Below are positions 18,249 to 27,693 of a DNA stretch of 64,000 nucleotides, in pieces. Position 1 is the stretch's first letter. Every line of letters starts with the position of its first letter. Under the pieces are notes generated by a model. It was not told the DNA's origin. It made no database searches and was given only the letters and a program-made list of their open reading frames with translations. This DNA is from an uncultured Rikenellaceae bacterium (lineage in GTDB: Bacteria > Bacteroidota > Bacteroidia > Bacteroidales > VadinHA17): NCBI GenBank assembly GCA_964613785.1, contig CAZTJT010000001.1:49869-113868 (forward strand), read 5' to 3'. The position numbers were made by a program, and so were the translations under genes.

Positions 18249-20183
18249 ATGGAAGATTTAAAGAAATTCCTGATAGAAAAAGTACTGTTGTTTGAATCCG
18301 ATACCCTTTCACCTGAAACGGAGAAGGTTTTGTCGCAGGTACGTCGTGAAAAAACCGATGTTCCGGTTATATATGTATCTTCAAATACAAGTAGTATAAT
18401 TGCAGGTTCCGAAAAAACCTTCAATGCTCTGAAATCATTTGTTGACGAGAATGAACCCAGGACATCCGTCATTAAGGTCGGCTGTATTGGTCCGGCAAAT
18501 TATGAACCGGTGTTATGTGTGCAGATGCCCGGCAAAAATAAACTGTTTTTCAGGAATATCACCGAGGAAAAAGTTGAACCTCTCATTAATGGGGTGTTTC
18601 ATAATGACATTAACGAGGAAGATCTTATCGGTCAGTCGGGATCTAGAGGCTTTGAGTTATGGCCCGGCATAGGTTTCCTTGAAGACATTCCGTTTTTTGC
18701 GAGGCAGAAAAGAATAGTTCTAGGAAACTGCGGCTGTTATGATCCTGAAAGCATTGAGGAATATATTGCACGAGGTGGTTACAGGACCTATCTTAAGACA
18801 ATCCGGCATTACACCTATGACGAGGTTTGCGAAATAATTGAAAGGAGCGGTCTGCGAGGCAGGAGCGGGGGTGGATATCTTACCGGACTTAAATGGAAGC
18901 AGGCTCTAAATACATCAAGTAATGCACGGTATCTAATATGTAATGCCAAGGAGAGTGATCCGGGTGCATTCAGCGACCGTATGATAATGGAAAGTGATCC
19001 TCACAGGCTGATTGAGGGAATGGCAATAGCTGCTTATGCAATAGGTTCATCAAATGCCATCCTTTATCTTAAAGCCGGGTCCGGGCATGCCCGTGTGAGA
19101 ATTCAGAAGGCAATTGAACAGACCAGAGAATACGGACTTCTTGGACATAATATTTATTCGAGCGGTTATAATCTCGATATTCAGGTCAGGATGGAACCCG
19201 GTGCTTTTGTTTGCGGGGAGGAAACTGCACTGATAAACAGCCTTGAAGGTAAGAGGGGAATGCCCCAGCTTAAACCGCCATATCCCACAACTTCGGGGCT
19301 GGCAGGCAAACCCACCGTAATAAACAATGTAGAGACACTTATGAATGTACCGCTGATAATGCAAAACGGTCCGGAATGGTTTCGTACACTAGGTACATTC
19401 AACAGCCCGGGCACCAAAGTATTTGCAGTTACCGGCCGCGGCAGGTTCTCAGGCGTTATAGAGGTTGAGATGGGGACCAGGATCAGAACCATCGTCGAGG
19501 ATATTGCTGACGGGATAAAGGAGGGAAAAGAATTTAAAGCAATCCAGATCGGAGGAGCTTCAGGCTCATTCATAACTTCTGACGACCTCGACACTCCGGT
19601 TGATTTTGATGCAATGAAAAGACAGGGCTTCGGAATGGGATCCGGCGGATTTGTAATAATTGATGAAACCTCATGTATCGTGGATCTCGTGCGCTATTTC
19701 ATGGAGTTCATACGTAAGGAGAGCTGTGGCAAGTGTATTCCATGCCGTGAAGGCACCGGACGTATGCTGGAAATACTTGAAAGTGTCATTAAGAAGCCGG
19801 CAAGCGAAGATTCAGGGACAACCCTTGAAAGATTCAAGGGAGTTATGCAGCTCGAAACGATTTCAGAGGTGATGAAAGACGCTTCACTCTGCGGACTTGG
19901 GCAGAACGCACCAAATCCGTTCGTAAGCGCTCTGAGAAACTTCAGGGAGGAGTTCGAGGAACATATTTTTGACAGGAAATGCCGTGCAAACGTTTGCAGA
20001 GGTCTGCGAACATTTATAATTAATGTTGAGAAATGTACCGGATGCACTGTCTGCGCAGGTAAATGCCCTGTAAATGCCATCTATGGAACCAGGCTCCAGC
20101 CTTATTTCATAGTCGAGGACAAATGCATAGGATGCGGTATATGCTACGATGTATGCAAATTCAGTGCAGTTATTGTGAGGTAG
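18249..20183 (+). CDS. hydB: NuoF-like NAD(H)/FMN-binding subunit of a bifurcating-type [FeFe] hydrogenase
   Basis: GRSGGGYLTGLKW, CNAKESDPGAF, CGEETALINSLEG and ESCGKCIPCREG motifs. Two C-terminal CxxCxxCxxxCP ferredoxin motifs. Confidence 0.85.
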   Translation: MEDLKKFLIEKVLLFESDTLSPETEKVLSQVRREKTDVPVIYVSSNTSSIIAGSEKTFNALKSFVDENEPRTSVIKVGCIGPANYEPVLCVQMPGKNKLFFRNITEEKVEPLINGVFHNDINEEDLIGQSGSRGFELWPGIGFLEDIPFFARQKRIVLGNCGCYDPESIEEYIARGGYRTYLKTIRHYTYDEVCEIIERSGLRGRSGGGYLTGLKWKQALNTSSNARYLICNAKESDPGAFSDRMIMESDPHRLIEGMAIAAYAIGSSNAILYLKAGSGHARVRIQKAIEQTREYGLLGHNIYSSGYNLDIQVRMEPGAFVCGEETALINSLEGKRGMPQLKPPYPTTSGLAGKPTVINNVETLMNVPLIMQNGPEWFRTLGTFNSPGTKVFAVTGRGRFSGVIEVEMGTRIRTIVEDIADGIKEGKEFKAIQIGGASGSFITSDDLDTPVDFDAMKRQGFGMGSGGFVIIDETSCIVDLVRYFMEFIRKESCGKCIPCREGTGRMLEILESVIKKPASEDSGTTLERFKGVMQLETISEVMKDASLCGLGQNAPNPFVSALRNFREEFEEHIFDRKCRANVCRGLRTFIINVEKCTGCTVCAGKCPVNAIYGTRLQPYFIVEDKCIGCGICYDVCKFSAVIVR

Positions 20184-20349
20184 GCAGAACGGTGACCGAA
20201 GACAGATGAATGATGATAGATGCCCGGACGACCCACCCTCTGTCCGACGCTTTCTTCGAATATAGTCCGCCACGACGGACTAAGTCCGAAACATAGTGTA
20301 AGAGGGACAGCACGATTTAATAAGAGTGACTAAAGCAATATGGTGAAAG

Positions 20350-22071
20350 ATGCAGTTCACAATTCAGGTTAATAACAAAAAGATAAAAGCCGAAAAGGGT
20401 GAAACCATACTATCGGCCCTGAACCGTAACGGTATAATCATTCCTACCCTTTGCAGGATGAAGGAGTTTACACCAACTGGCGCATGCAGGATGTGTGTTG
20501 TGGAAGTAGAGGGAAAAGAGCGGCTTGTTACAGCCTGTTCACAGCCTGTTGAGGAATGGATGAGAATAAAGACACATTCTCCGAGAGTGATCACTGCCCG
20601 TAAAACGATTGTAGAACTGCTGCTTTCAAACCATCCAGACGACTGTCTGTATTGCGACAGGAACCTGAATTGCGAACTGCAGAATCTGTCAGAAGAACTC
20701 AACATCAGGGAAAGGAGAATAAAGGGTAAGAAAATAAAGCCCCGACTCGATCAGTCGAGCCCTGCAATTGTCAGGGAACTCGCAAAATGTATACTGTGCG
20801 GCAGGTGTATCAGGGTATGTGAGGAATTAATTACCTGCACATCTGTCGATTTCATCAACAGGGGAAGACTGACTCATGTTGGGACTGCAATGGACAGGGA
20901 TTTTAATTTTTCAAGCTGTATTCAGTGCGGACAGTGTGTACTTGTATGCCCGACCGGTGCTCTTCATGAAAAGCACAATATAACTGAGGTCCAGGAATAT
21001 CTTAATAAGCACGATGTTGTTAAAGCCATTCAGTATTCTCCTTTTGTCCCTGCCGGAATAGCAGAAGAGCTCGGAATAAAATACAACCGGGATTTTGACA
21101 AGAACCTTAATGCCATACTCCGAAAAATAGGCTTTGATAAAGTTTATTCAACCGGTACAGGTGCAGATGTTTGCATATCGGAACTCGCCGATCATTTGTC
21201 ATTCAAACTGGAAAATAATGAAGAAAATCCTCTCTACATAACAGCCTGTCCGGCCTGGGTCAAGTATGCAGAACAATCGATGCCTGAAATTATTCCGGAT
21301 CTTTCGACAGTTAAATCACCTCAGCAGATTGCAGGGATCCTTATCAAGACAGTAGTAGCCGATCAGATGAAAGTAAAACCTGAAAAGATATTTTCAGTGT
21401 CGGTTACTCCGTGTATGGCGATGAAATATGAAGCTCGGCGCGACGGGATGATGAGAAAGGGTATCAGCGATGTTGATGCAGTCATGACGGTTAGAGAGCT
21501 GGCAAGGCTAATCAGGCTTAATGGAATAGATGTTTCCAACACCGACCGGGAGCCTGCTGATGAACCTCTAGCCGGAAGAAGTTCTTCAGCAGTTCTTTCG
21601 GAACTCTCAGGGGGTATGGCCGAAGGTGTCGTCAGGCTGCTCACATACCGAAAAACAGGTAAAGATGCTGACAGGCAGCTACTGAAAAGACTAAGAGGTT
21701 CGGGCTCTTTCAGGGATTGTACCGTAAAAGCCGGCGACATTGAAATAAGAATCGCTGTAGTTGACGGACTTACAGGACTTGAGAAGCTTAAATCCTCAGT
21801 TTCTTCCGGCGCAAAATACCATCTGGTTGAAGTAATGACCTGCCCTGGAGGCTGTATTCACGGAGGAGGCCTTCCACAGGTTGCATCAAGAGAAGACCTT
21901 AAGAACAGAGCCAGGCTGATATATCAGGCTGATGAAACAGAAGCAATCTCACTGCCTGAGAAATCGCCTTCAGTCATTAATCTTTATGAGAAACTTATTA
22001 AGAACAACAAAGAGATCAGCGACAAAAAAATATTTCATACCCATTTTGAAAAAAAGAGCGTTCTTTTGTGA
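20350..22071 (+). CDS. hydA: [FeFe] hydrogenase large subunit, M3 architecture (2Fe2S, His-ligated 4Fe4S, 2x 4Fe4S, H-domain) with atypical L1 motif
   Basis: NuoG-like N-terminus including HPDDCLYCDRNLNC. L1 is ITACPAW where the canonical motif is TSCCPxW. L2 is TPCMAMKYE and L3 is EVMTCPGGCIHGGG. 573 aa, collinear with clostridial CpI. Confidence 0.8.
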   Translation: MQFTIQVNNKKIKAEKGETILSALNRNGIIIPTLCRMKEFTPTGACRMCVVEVEGKERLVTACSQPVEEWMRIKTHSPRVITARKTIVELLLSNHPDDCLYCDRNLNCELQNLSEELNIRERRIKGKKIKPRLDQSSPAIVRELAKCILCGRCIRVCEELITCTSVDFINRGRLTHVGTAMDRDFNFSSCIQCGQCVLVCPTGALHEKHNITEVQEYLNKHDVVKAIQYSPFVPAGIAEELGIKYNRDFDKNLNAILRKIGFDKVYSTGTGADVCISELADHLSFKLENNEENPLYITACPAWVKYAEQSMPEIIPDLSTVKSPQQIAGILIKTVVADQMKVKPEKIFSVSVTPCMAMKYEARRDGMMRKGISDVDAVMTVRELARLIRLNGIDVSNTDREPADEPLAGRSSSAVLSELSGGMAEGVVRLLTYRKTGKDADRQLLKRLRGSGSFRDCTVKAGDIEIRIAVVDGLTGLEKLKSSVSSGAKYHLVEVMTCPGGCIHGGGLPQVASREDLKNRARLIYQADETEAISLPEKSPSVINLYEKLIKNNKEISDKKIFHTHFEKKSVLL

Positions 22072-22128
22072 AAACTGGAAATTTAAAAAGAGATAAGGAA
22101 AAAATGGATTGTGATCAATAAACCATTA

Positions 22129-22136
22129 TACATTTG
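22129..22136 (+). promoter_or_regulatory. candidate -7 box (TACATTTG) for the hydS-HK operon
   Basis: TAnnTTTG match 36 nt upstream of the ATG at 22173. Confidence 0.3.
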
Positions 22137-22172
22137 TGCCGTTTAATCATTGACTAATTAAACTTTTAAGAA

Positions 22173-24131
22173 ATGCTGGTATATACGATAAAAGAGCTTT
22201 GCCGGACATGTTACACCTGTGTGAGGGAGTGTCCTGCCAAAGCCATTCGTATAGTCGGGGGTCAGGCTGAAGTCATTGACGAAAGGTGCATAGCATGCGG
22301 GAACTGCACTAAAGTATGCAGCCAGGGAGCGAAAGTGTTCCTTAATACCACCGACAGGGTATTAAGGCTTCTGGAAAGTAGTAAAAAAGTTGCAGCTATT
22401 GTAGCTCCAAGTTTCCCTGCAGAGTTTATTGGTATCGACCATAAGGTACTGGTAGGAATGATACGGGCTGTTGGGTTTGAGATGGTGCTTGAAGTGTCCT
22501 TTGGCGCTGACCTGGTTGCTGACAGATACAAGCAGCTTGTTATGCAAAACACAGGCTACTATATTTCCTCCGATTGCCCCTCCATCGTTAATTATATCAA
22601 GCATTATCATCCGAACCTGGTTGATAATCTTGCACCTGTTGTCTCACCCATGGTTGCCATGAGCAGAGTGGTCCGTTCAGAGTATGGCAATGATACGAGG
22701 ATAGTGTTTATCGGACCTTGCGTGGCAAAAAAAGCCGAGAGTGCAGAGATTGATGAAGCGATTACATTTACGGAGCTCAGGGAGCTGCTTGATCTACTCA
22801 GGATAGGAACAGAATCAATAGCACCATCTGATTTTGATCCCCCTTACGGAGGACGCGGAGCCATTTTCCCGGTAACACGCGGCTTACTACAGACAGCACA
22901 TATTAATGATGACGCAATAACCGGAAATATCATAGCAGCAGAGGGAAGAACCGACTTCCAGGGTGCACTCAAGGAATATGAAGCCGGACTTATTTGTAAT
23001 CAGCATATGGAACTTTTATGCTGCGAAGGCTGTATAATGGGCCCCGGATTGTCAAAAAACGGTAAACAATACAACAGGAGGGCGCTTGTAAGTAATTATG
23101 CCAACCAGAAGATGATTGCGATGGATCATAAGTCATGGCAACAGTACTTTGACCTCTACTCTTCACTCGACCTTTCGGTGAGGCACAAGCCTGAAGAAAG
23201 CATCATTACAGTTCCGGATGAAGCTGAAATAGAGTCGGTGCTTGTCTCAATGGGCAAACTGACCAAAAAGGATCATCTTGACTGTGGCGCATGCGGCTAT
23301 GAAAGTTGCATTGAACATGCAATAGCAATAAAAAACGGGCTTGCAGAGGTGGAGATGTGTCTGCCTTATACTATTGAAAAGTTGCATAATTCTGTAAGAG
23401 AACTGGCTCTTTCGAATGAGAAGCTCACATCAATGAAACAGGCTCTTAAGCAGTCTGAAAAACTTGCACACATGGGTCAGCTTTCTGCAGGAATCGCGCA
23501 TGAACTCAATAATCCCCTGGGAGTTGTAATAATGTACAGTAATATTCTTCTGGAAGAAAGTGCTCCGGGTGATCCTGTTAGAGATGATCTGAAGCTTATC
23601 GTTGAACAGGCCGGAAGATGCAAAAAGATCGTAGGCGGACTACTTAATTTTGCCCGTAAAAACCAGGTTAACCATCAGCTGATCAATATCAGGGAACTTG
23701 TCGATCACAGCCTTGAGAGCCTTATTGTTCCGGAAAATGTGGGAATAGAAATCTCTGACAAGACAACCAACCCATCTGCCATGCTTGATCCCGAGCAGAT
23801 GACACAGGTGCTTACCAATCTCATTAAAAATGCATTTGAGGCTATGCCTGACGGAGGATCAATAAAGCTTATTCTCGAAGATACCCTGAGTGATGTCTCA
23901 TTTACAGTAAAAGATTCAGGTACAGGTATCAGAGAAGAAGACAAGGCAAAGATCTTTGAGCCATTTTTTACCACAAAGGGAATCGGACGGGGAACCGGAC
24001 TGGGCCTTGCAACTGCTTACGGGATAGTGAAAATGCATAAAGGACAGATCACAGTCGATTCAAATATTGACCCTGCGAAGGGACCTACCGGAACCAGCTT
24101 CAGGATAGTGCTGCCCAGAGGAAAAGAATAA
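22173..24131 (+). CDS. sensory [FeFe]-hydrogenase-like domain fused to a histidine kinase
   Basis: N-terminal [12 protein letters not shown] and [11 protein letters not shown] motifs. L1 ISSDCPSI, L2 [11 protein letters not shown]3 [24 protein letters not shown] motif and a coiled coil. H-box [12 protein letters not shown], followed by HATPase N and G boxes (DSGTGI, GTGLGL). Confidence 0.8.
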   Translation: MLVYTIKELCRTCYTCVRECPAKAIRIVGGQAEVIDERCIACGNCTKVCSQGAKVFLNTTDRVLRLLESSKKVAAIVAPSFPAEFIGIDHKVLVGMIRAVGFEMVLEVSFGADLVADRYKQLVMQNTGYYISSDCPSIVNYIKHYHPNLVDNLAPVVSPMVAMSRVVRSEYGNDTRIVFIGPCVAKKAESAEIDEAITFTELRELLDLLRIGTESIAPSDFDPPYGGRGAIFPVTRGLLQTAHINDDAITGNIIAAEGRTDFQGALKEYEAGLICNQHMELLCCEGCIMGPGLSKNGKQYNRRALVSNYANQKMIAMDHKSWQQYFDLYSSLDLSVRHKPEESIITVPDEAEIESVLVSMGKLTKKDHLDCGACGYESCIEHAIAIKNGLAEVEMCLPYTIEKLHNSVRELALSNEKLTSMKQALKQSEKLAHMGQLSAGIAHELNNPLGVVIMYSNILLEESAPGDPVRDDLKLIVEQAGRCKKIVGGLLNFARKNQVNHQLINIRELVDHSLESLIVPENVGIEISDKTTNPSAMLDPEQMTQVLTNLIKNAFEAMPDGGSIKLILEDTLSDVSFTVKDSGTGIREEDKAKIFEPFFTTKGIGRGTGLGLATAYGIVKMHKGQITVDSNIDPAKGPTGTSFRIVLPRGKE

Positions 24132-24180
24132 AAAGTTAACGGCAAATGGAAAAATTATTATGTGATGGGTAAATTTTTTG

Positions 24181-24591
24181 ATGAAATTCATGATGATGAA
24201 AAAGAGTGATTTTACTATTCTGGTGGCCGATGATGACCCTGACTATCTTTTTCAGACCATTTCAAACCTTGAAAAAGCAGGGTATAAGACTATTGCTGCT
24301 GAAAGCCAGGCTGAAGCTGAAACAATAATATCGCGTTTCAAACCCAGCCTCGCAATATTCGATCTTATGATGGAGAATGATGACAGCGGATTTATTCTAT
24401 GTTACAAGATAAAGAGAAAGTACCCGGATGTGCCGGTCATACTTGCAACTGCTGTAGCCCATGAGACAGGAATATCCTTCAGCCTCGATTCAGAAAGTGA
24501 CAGAATGTGGATAAGGGCTGACAGGTATCTTGAAAAAGGTATACGTTCAGATCAGCTTGATCAGGAAATTATGCGTCTTTTAAAACTATGA
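24181..24591 (+). CDS. stand-alone response-regulator receiver protein
   Basis: ILVADDDPD ... LAIFDLMM ... receiver pattern with no output domain. The exact start is ambiguous (TTG 24178, or ATG 24181/24190-24196). Confidence 0.75.
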   Translation: MKFMMMKKSDFTILVADDDPDYLFQTISNLEKAGYKTIAAESQAEAETIISRFKPSLAIFDLMMENDDSGFILCYKIKRKYPDVPVILATAVAHETGISFSLDSESDRMWIRADRYLEKGIRSDQLDQEIMRLLKL

Positions 24592-24592
24592 T

Positions 24593-25726
24593 ATGGCTGT
24601 ATTAAAAGTTCTCGTCATTGACGACGAACCGGGTATCCGTTCAGGAGTTACCAGGATACTGAGCAACTTTCATGTGAATTATCCATTTATGGATGAGGAT
24701 TATACATTTGAAGTTAAAGAAGCAGCAACCGGGGAGGATGGTATCAGCATGATTGAAACAGAAAATCCTGATATACTGCTTCTTGACAATAAACTACCTG
24801 GCATGCAGGGTATTGAGGTTCTGGAGTATATAAGGAACAAGAAATATGATACCGTGGTAGCGATGATCACTTCATACGCTTCCCTTGATGTTGCTCTTAA
24901 AGCTCATAAGTTTGGTGCAACTGATTTTATCCCCAAGCCGTTTACCCCTCAGGAACTGAAATCAAGCATTGAGAATATAACCAAACAGCAGTATCTCAAA
25001 AGAATTACCCACCGGATGAATGAGGAGGGTAAAAAGATCAGATATCAGTTCCTTTCTGTTCTGTCGCATGAGCTTAAAGCACCGCTTAATGCTATTGAAG
25101 GATATCTGAGGATGATGCAGGAAAAACAGATGGGTGAATATATTCGCGACTATGATACCGCCATTGAACGGTCACTCCAAAGAATTCAGGGTATGAGAAA
25201 TCTAATAATGGATCTGCTCGATTTTACGAAAATAAGGCTTGAAAGGAAAGATGAAAAGATCGAACCTGTAAATCTGTCTGAAATTGCTTCAGGTGCAATC
25301 ATAACAGTTCAACCTTATGCAATCCAGATGGAAGTAACTGTAAAGCTTGATGTAAAATCTGATGCGGTGATAATGGCTGATCCGACCGACATGGAGATCA
25401 TTTTCAATAACTTGGTTTCCAACTCTGTTAAATACAATAAGCCCGGCGGAAAAGCTGAAATCACCATTGATGGCGATGAAAACAACGTTATAGTTTATTT
25501 CTCCGATACAGGCATAGGAATTACTGAGTCGGACAAGGAGAATCTGTTCACAGAGTTCGTAAGAATCAAGAATGAAAGGACTAAAAATATTTCAGGAAGC
25601 GGTCTGGGGCTTTCAATTGTAAAGAAGGTTATTGAACTTTATAATGGAACCATATCAGTTGAAAGTACACCCGATATAGGCACTACCTTTATTGTCAGGC
25701 TTCCTAAGAAACCCGAAAAAAAATAA
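24593..25726 (+). CDS. hybrid receiver-histidine kinase
   Basis: N-terminal receiver (VLVIDDEPG ... ILLLDNKLPGM ... KPF). HisKA LSHELKAPLN. HATPase motifs NSVKYN, DTGIGI and GSGLGLSIV. Confidence 0.8.
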   Translation: MAVLKVLVIDDEPGIRSGVTRILSNFHVNYPFMDEDYTFEVKEAATGEDGISMIETENPDILLLDNKLPGMQGIEVLEYIRNKKYDTVVAMITSYASLDVALKAHKFGATDFIPKPFTPQELKSSIENITKQQYLKRITHRMNEEGKKIRYQFLSVLSHELKAPLNAIEGYLRMMQEKQMGEYIRDYDTAIERSLQRIQGMRNLIMDLLDFTKIRLERKDEKIEPVNLSEIASGAIITVQPYAIQMEVTVKLDVKSDAVIMADPTDMEIIFNNLVSNSVKYNKPGGKAEITIDGDENNVIVYFSDTGIGITESDKENLFTEFVRIKNERTKNISGSGLGLSIVKKVIELYNGTISVESTPDIGTTFIVRLPKKPEKK

Positions 25727-25731
25727 TCAGT

Positions 25732-26358
25732 ATGGCAACATTACCAGGAAAAACAGTTGAAAGGCTTAGTGAATACAGAAGAACCCTTCTGGAGTGTCTT
25801 AAAGAAAAAAAGAATTTTATTTTTTCACATGACCTTGCTGCCCGGCTTCATATCACAGCTGTTCAGGTAAGACGTGATCTTATGCTTATCGGTTATTCAA
25901 GTGTTCAGAGAAAGGGATATGATGTCAAAATCCTTATCGATACAATAAGCAGCATTATAGATTCGGAGGAGGGCATGAATGTTGCAATCATAGGGATTGG
26001 CAACCTGGGAAGGGCACTTGCTGCATATTTTAAAGGAAAGAGGTCGAAGCTTAACCTGGTTGCATCATTTGACAATGACCCTCAAAAGATCAACAAAGTA
26101 ATTTCAGGAGTTAAATGTTACCCATATCAGGATCTTGATAGAGTCGTAAAAGAGTTAAATATTGAGGTGGCGATACTTACTGTACCCGCCGATTATGCCA
26201 GAGAAATTGCTGAGGAAACAGTCAGATATGGAATAAAAGGTATCCTGAATTTTACGACTGTACCTCTAAATGTGCCTTCAGGTGTATATCTTGAAGAATA
26301 TGACATGATCACATCTATTGAGAAAGTGGCATATTTCGTAAAGGAAAACAAACTTTAA
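25732..26358 (+). CDS. rex: redox-sensing transcriptional repressor Rex
   Basis: N-terminal winged helix (TVERLSEYRRTL...VQVRRDL), then Rossmann IIGIGNLGRALA and C-terminal ILNFT. 208 aa. Confidence 0.85.
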   Translation: MATLPGKTVERLSEYRRTLLECLKEKKNFIFSHDLAARLHITAVQVRRDLMLIGYSSVQRKGYDVKILIDTISSIIDSEEGMNVAIIGIGNLGRALAAYFKGKRSKLNLVASFDNDPQKINKVISGVKCYPYQDLDRVVKELNIEVAILTVPADYAREIAEETVRYGIKGILNFTTVPLNVPSGVYLEEYDMITSIEKVAYFVKENKL

Positions 26359-26373
26359 TTTTTTTTCCTGTTC

Positions 26374-27297
26374 ATGAAAATTTTCAGAAGCTTCGAAGAA
26401 GCTAGGGGTATACCTAACCCGGTCGTTACAACCGGCTCATTCGACGGCGTTCATATAGGTCATAAGACTATCATCAATCGCCTCAGAATGCTCGCAGAAA
26501 AATACGAAGGAGAATCGGTCCTTATTACTTTTTATCCCCATCCGCGGAAGGTCCTTTATCCGGATACCGCGGGAAAACACCTCAGACTAATTAATTCACA
26601 ACAGGAAAAACTTGAACTTTTAAAGAAGGCAGGCCTCGATAATCTGATAATAATTGAGTTCACCAGAGACTTTGCAAAGACTACAAGCGAGCAATTTGTA
26701 GGTGATTATCTTAAAGCAATACTGGGAGCAAAAGTAATTGTTGCCGGATTCAACCATCATTTCGGCTTTAATCAGGAGGGCGATTATAAAAAACTTTGGG
26801 GAATGAGAGAAAAATATGGCTTTGAAGCAGAGGAGATCCCTGAACAGGAAGTGGAGCATGAGACAGTTAGTTCGACCAGGATCAGGCAGGCAATAAGCGA
26901 AGGCTATATTCAGAAAGCTAATGCTTATCTCGATCATTATTATATTGTAATGGGGATTCCGGTTAAGTTTGATTATGTAAATGCTTCGCTGCCTCTTTCT
27001 ATGTACAAGATCCCGATTACTGAAGAAAACAAGCTTCTTCCGGCAAAAGGAATCTATGCAGTATCATTTGAGTCGGCAGGAGAAGTATCAAAAGGTATGG
27101 TAATAATTGACGGACCCGGAAATGATCCTTCAGATGTTATCCTTCATCTGTTTAATGAGAATCTGTTCCCTGAAGGAAGGGATTCAACAATATATTTCCA
27201 TAAAAAGATCCATGGCGCCTTGGATCTTAATGATTTAAACGTATCCACACCACGGATCAGAGCAGCACTGGATGAGATCACCGAACTTATTTACTGA
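26374..27297 (+). CDS. ribF: bifunctional riboflavin kinase / FAD synthetase
   Basis: GSFDGVHIGH, SSTRIRQAI and a C-terminal riboflavin kinase half. Confidence 0.85.
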   Translation: MKIFRSFEEARGIPNPVVTTGSFDGVHIGHKTIINRLRMLAEKYEGESVLITFYPHPRKVLYPDTAGKHLRLINSQQEKLELLKKAGLDNLIIIEFTRDFAKTTSEQFVGDYLKAILGAKVIVAGFNHHFGFNQEGDYKKLWGMREKYGFEAEEIPEQEVEHETVSSTRIRQAISEGYIQKANAYLDHYYIVMGIPVKFDYVNASLPLSMYKIPITEENKLLPAKGIYAVSFESAGEVSKGMVIIDGPGNDPSDVILHLFNENLFPEGRDSTIYFHKKIHGALDLNDLNVSTPRIRAALDEITELIY

Positions 27298-27359
27298 TTT
27301 CATCATTTACCTTATACGCTGTTTCTTAGTAACTTTGTAGAACCTGTTAAAAGAAATTA

Positions 27360-27620
27360 ATGCGTATTTTTCCTGAAAAATTGAGTATTCCTGATCAGAG
27401 AATGAGACAATTCATCGATCCCGGTGAAATATGGAATCTGATTAATACCATAATACCCGATGAGAGCCGGGTCAGGGAGGTTATTGCAAATCGATTGATG
27501 ACCAACGTCTCACTTTTGATGAAACAACAGAAATTTGATTCAGGCGTACCCATGATTACAAGGCAGAAGATAGAAGGAATAAAAATGGGAGAGAAGTATA
27601 TGTTTTTTAGGAACTTGTGA
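27360..27620 (+). pseudogene. decayed 5' remnant of a HydG-type radical-SAM maturase gene
   Basis: Frame a reads QFIDPGEIWNLINTIIPDESRVREVIA. After a 1-nt slip in an A-run near 27488, frame b reads KSIDDQRLTFDETTEI. Frame a later resumes with KIEGIKMGEKYMFF. Together these resemble the HydG N-terminus (FIxxxEI...VxxxIAKA...LTxEEaaxLL...IKxxIYGxRxVxF). The CxxxCxxC radical-SAM core is absent. Confidence 0.4.
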
Positions 27621-27693
27621 CTGCTGGAAAAATGAATATTTGAAAAAGATTCACCTTTTAAAAGGCCATATTTTATTAAGGATTTTCTTCCAT

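Noticed and set aside
19884-20273. 129-aa minus-strand ORF spanning the end of hydB and part of the hydB-hydA spacer
   Set aside because: Most of it is antisense to the conserved ferredoxin-like C-terminus of HydB. It has no motifs and is likely spurious, although the spacer itself is flagged separately.
22100-22120. TTGTGAT half-site upstream of the hydS-HK gene, considered as a third Rex operator
   Set aside because: Only one half-site matches. The partner half (aaaccat) does not resemble TTCACAA or TTAACAA.
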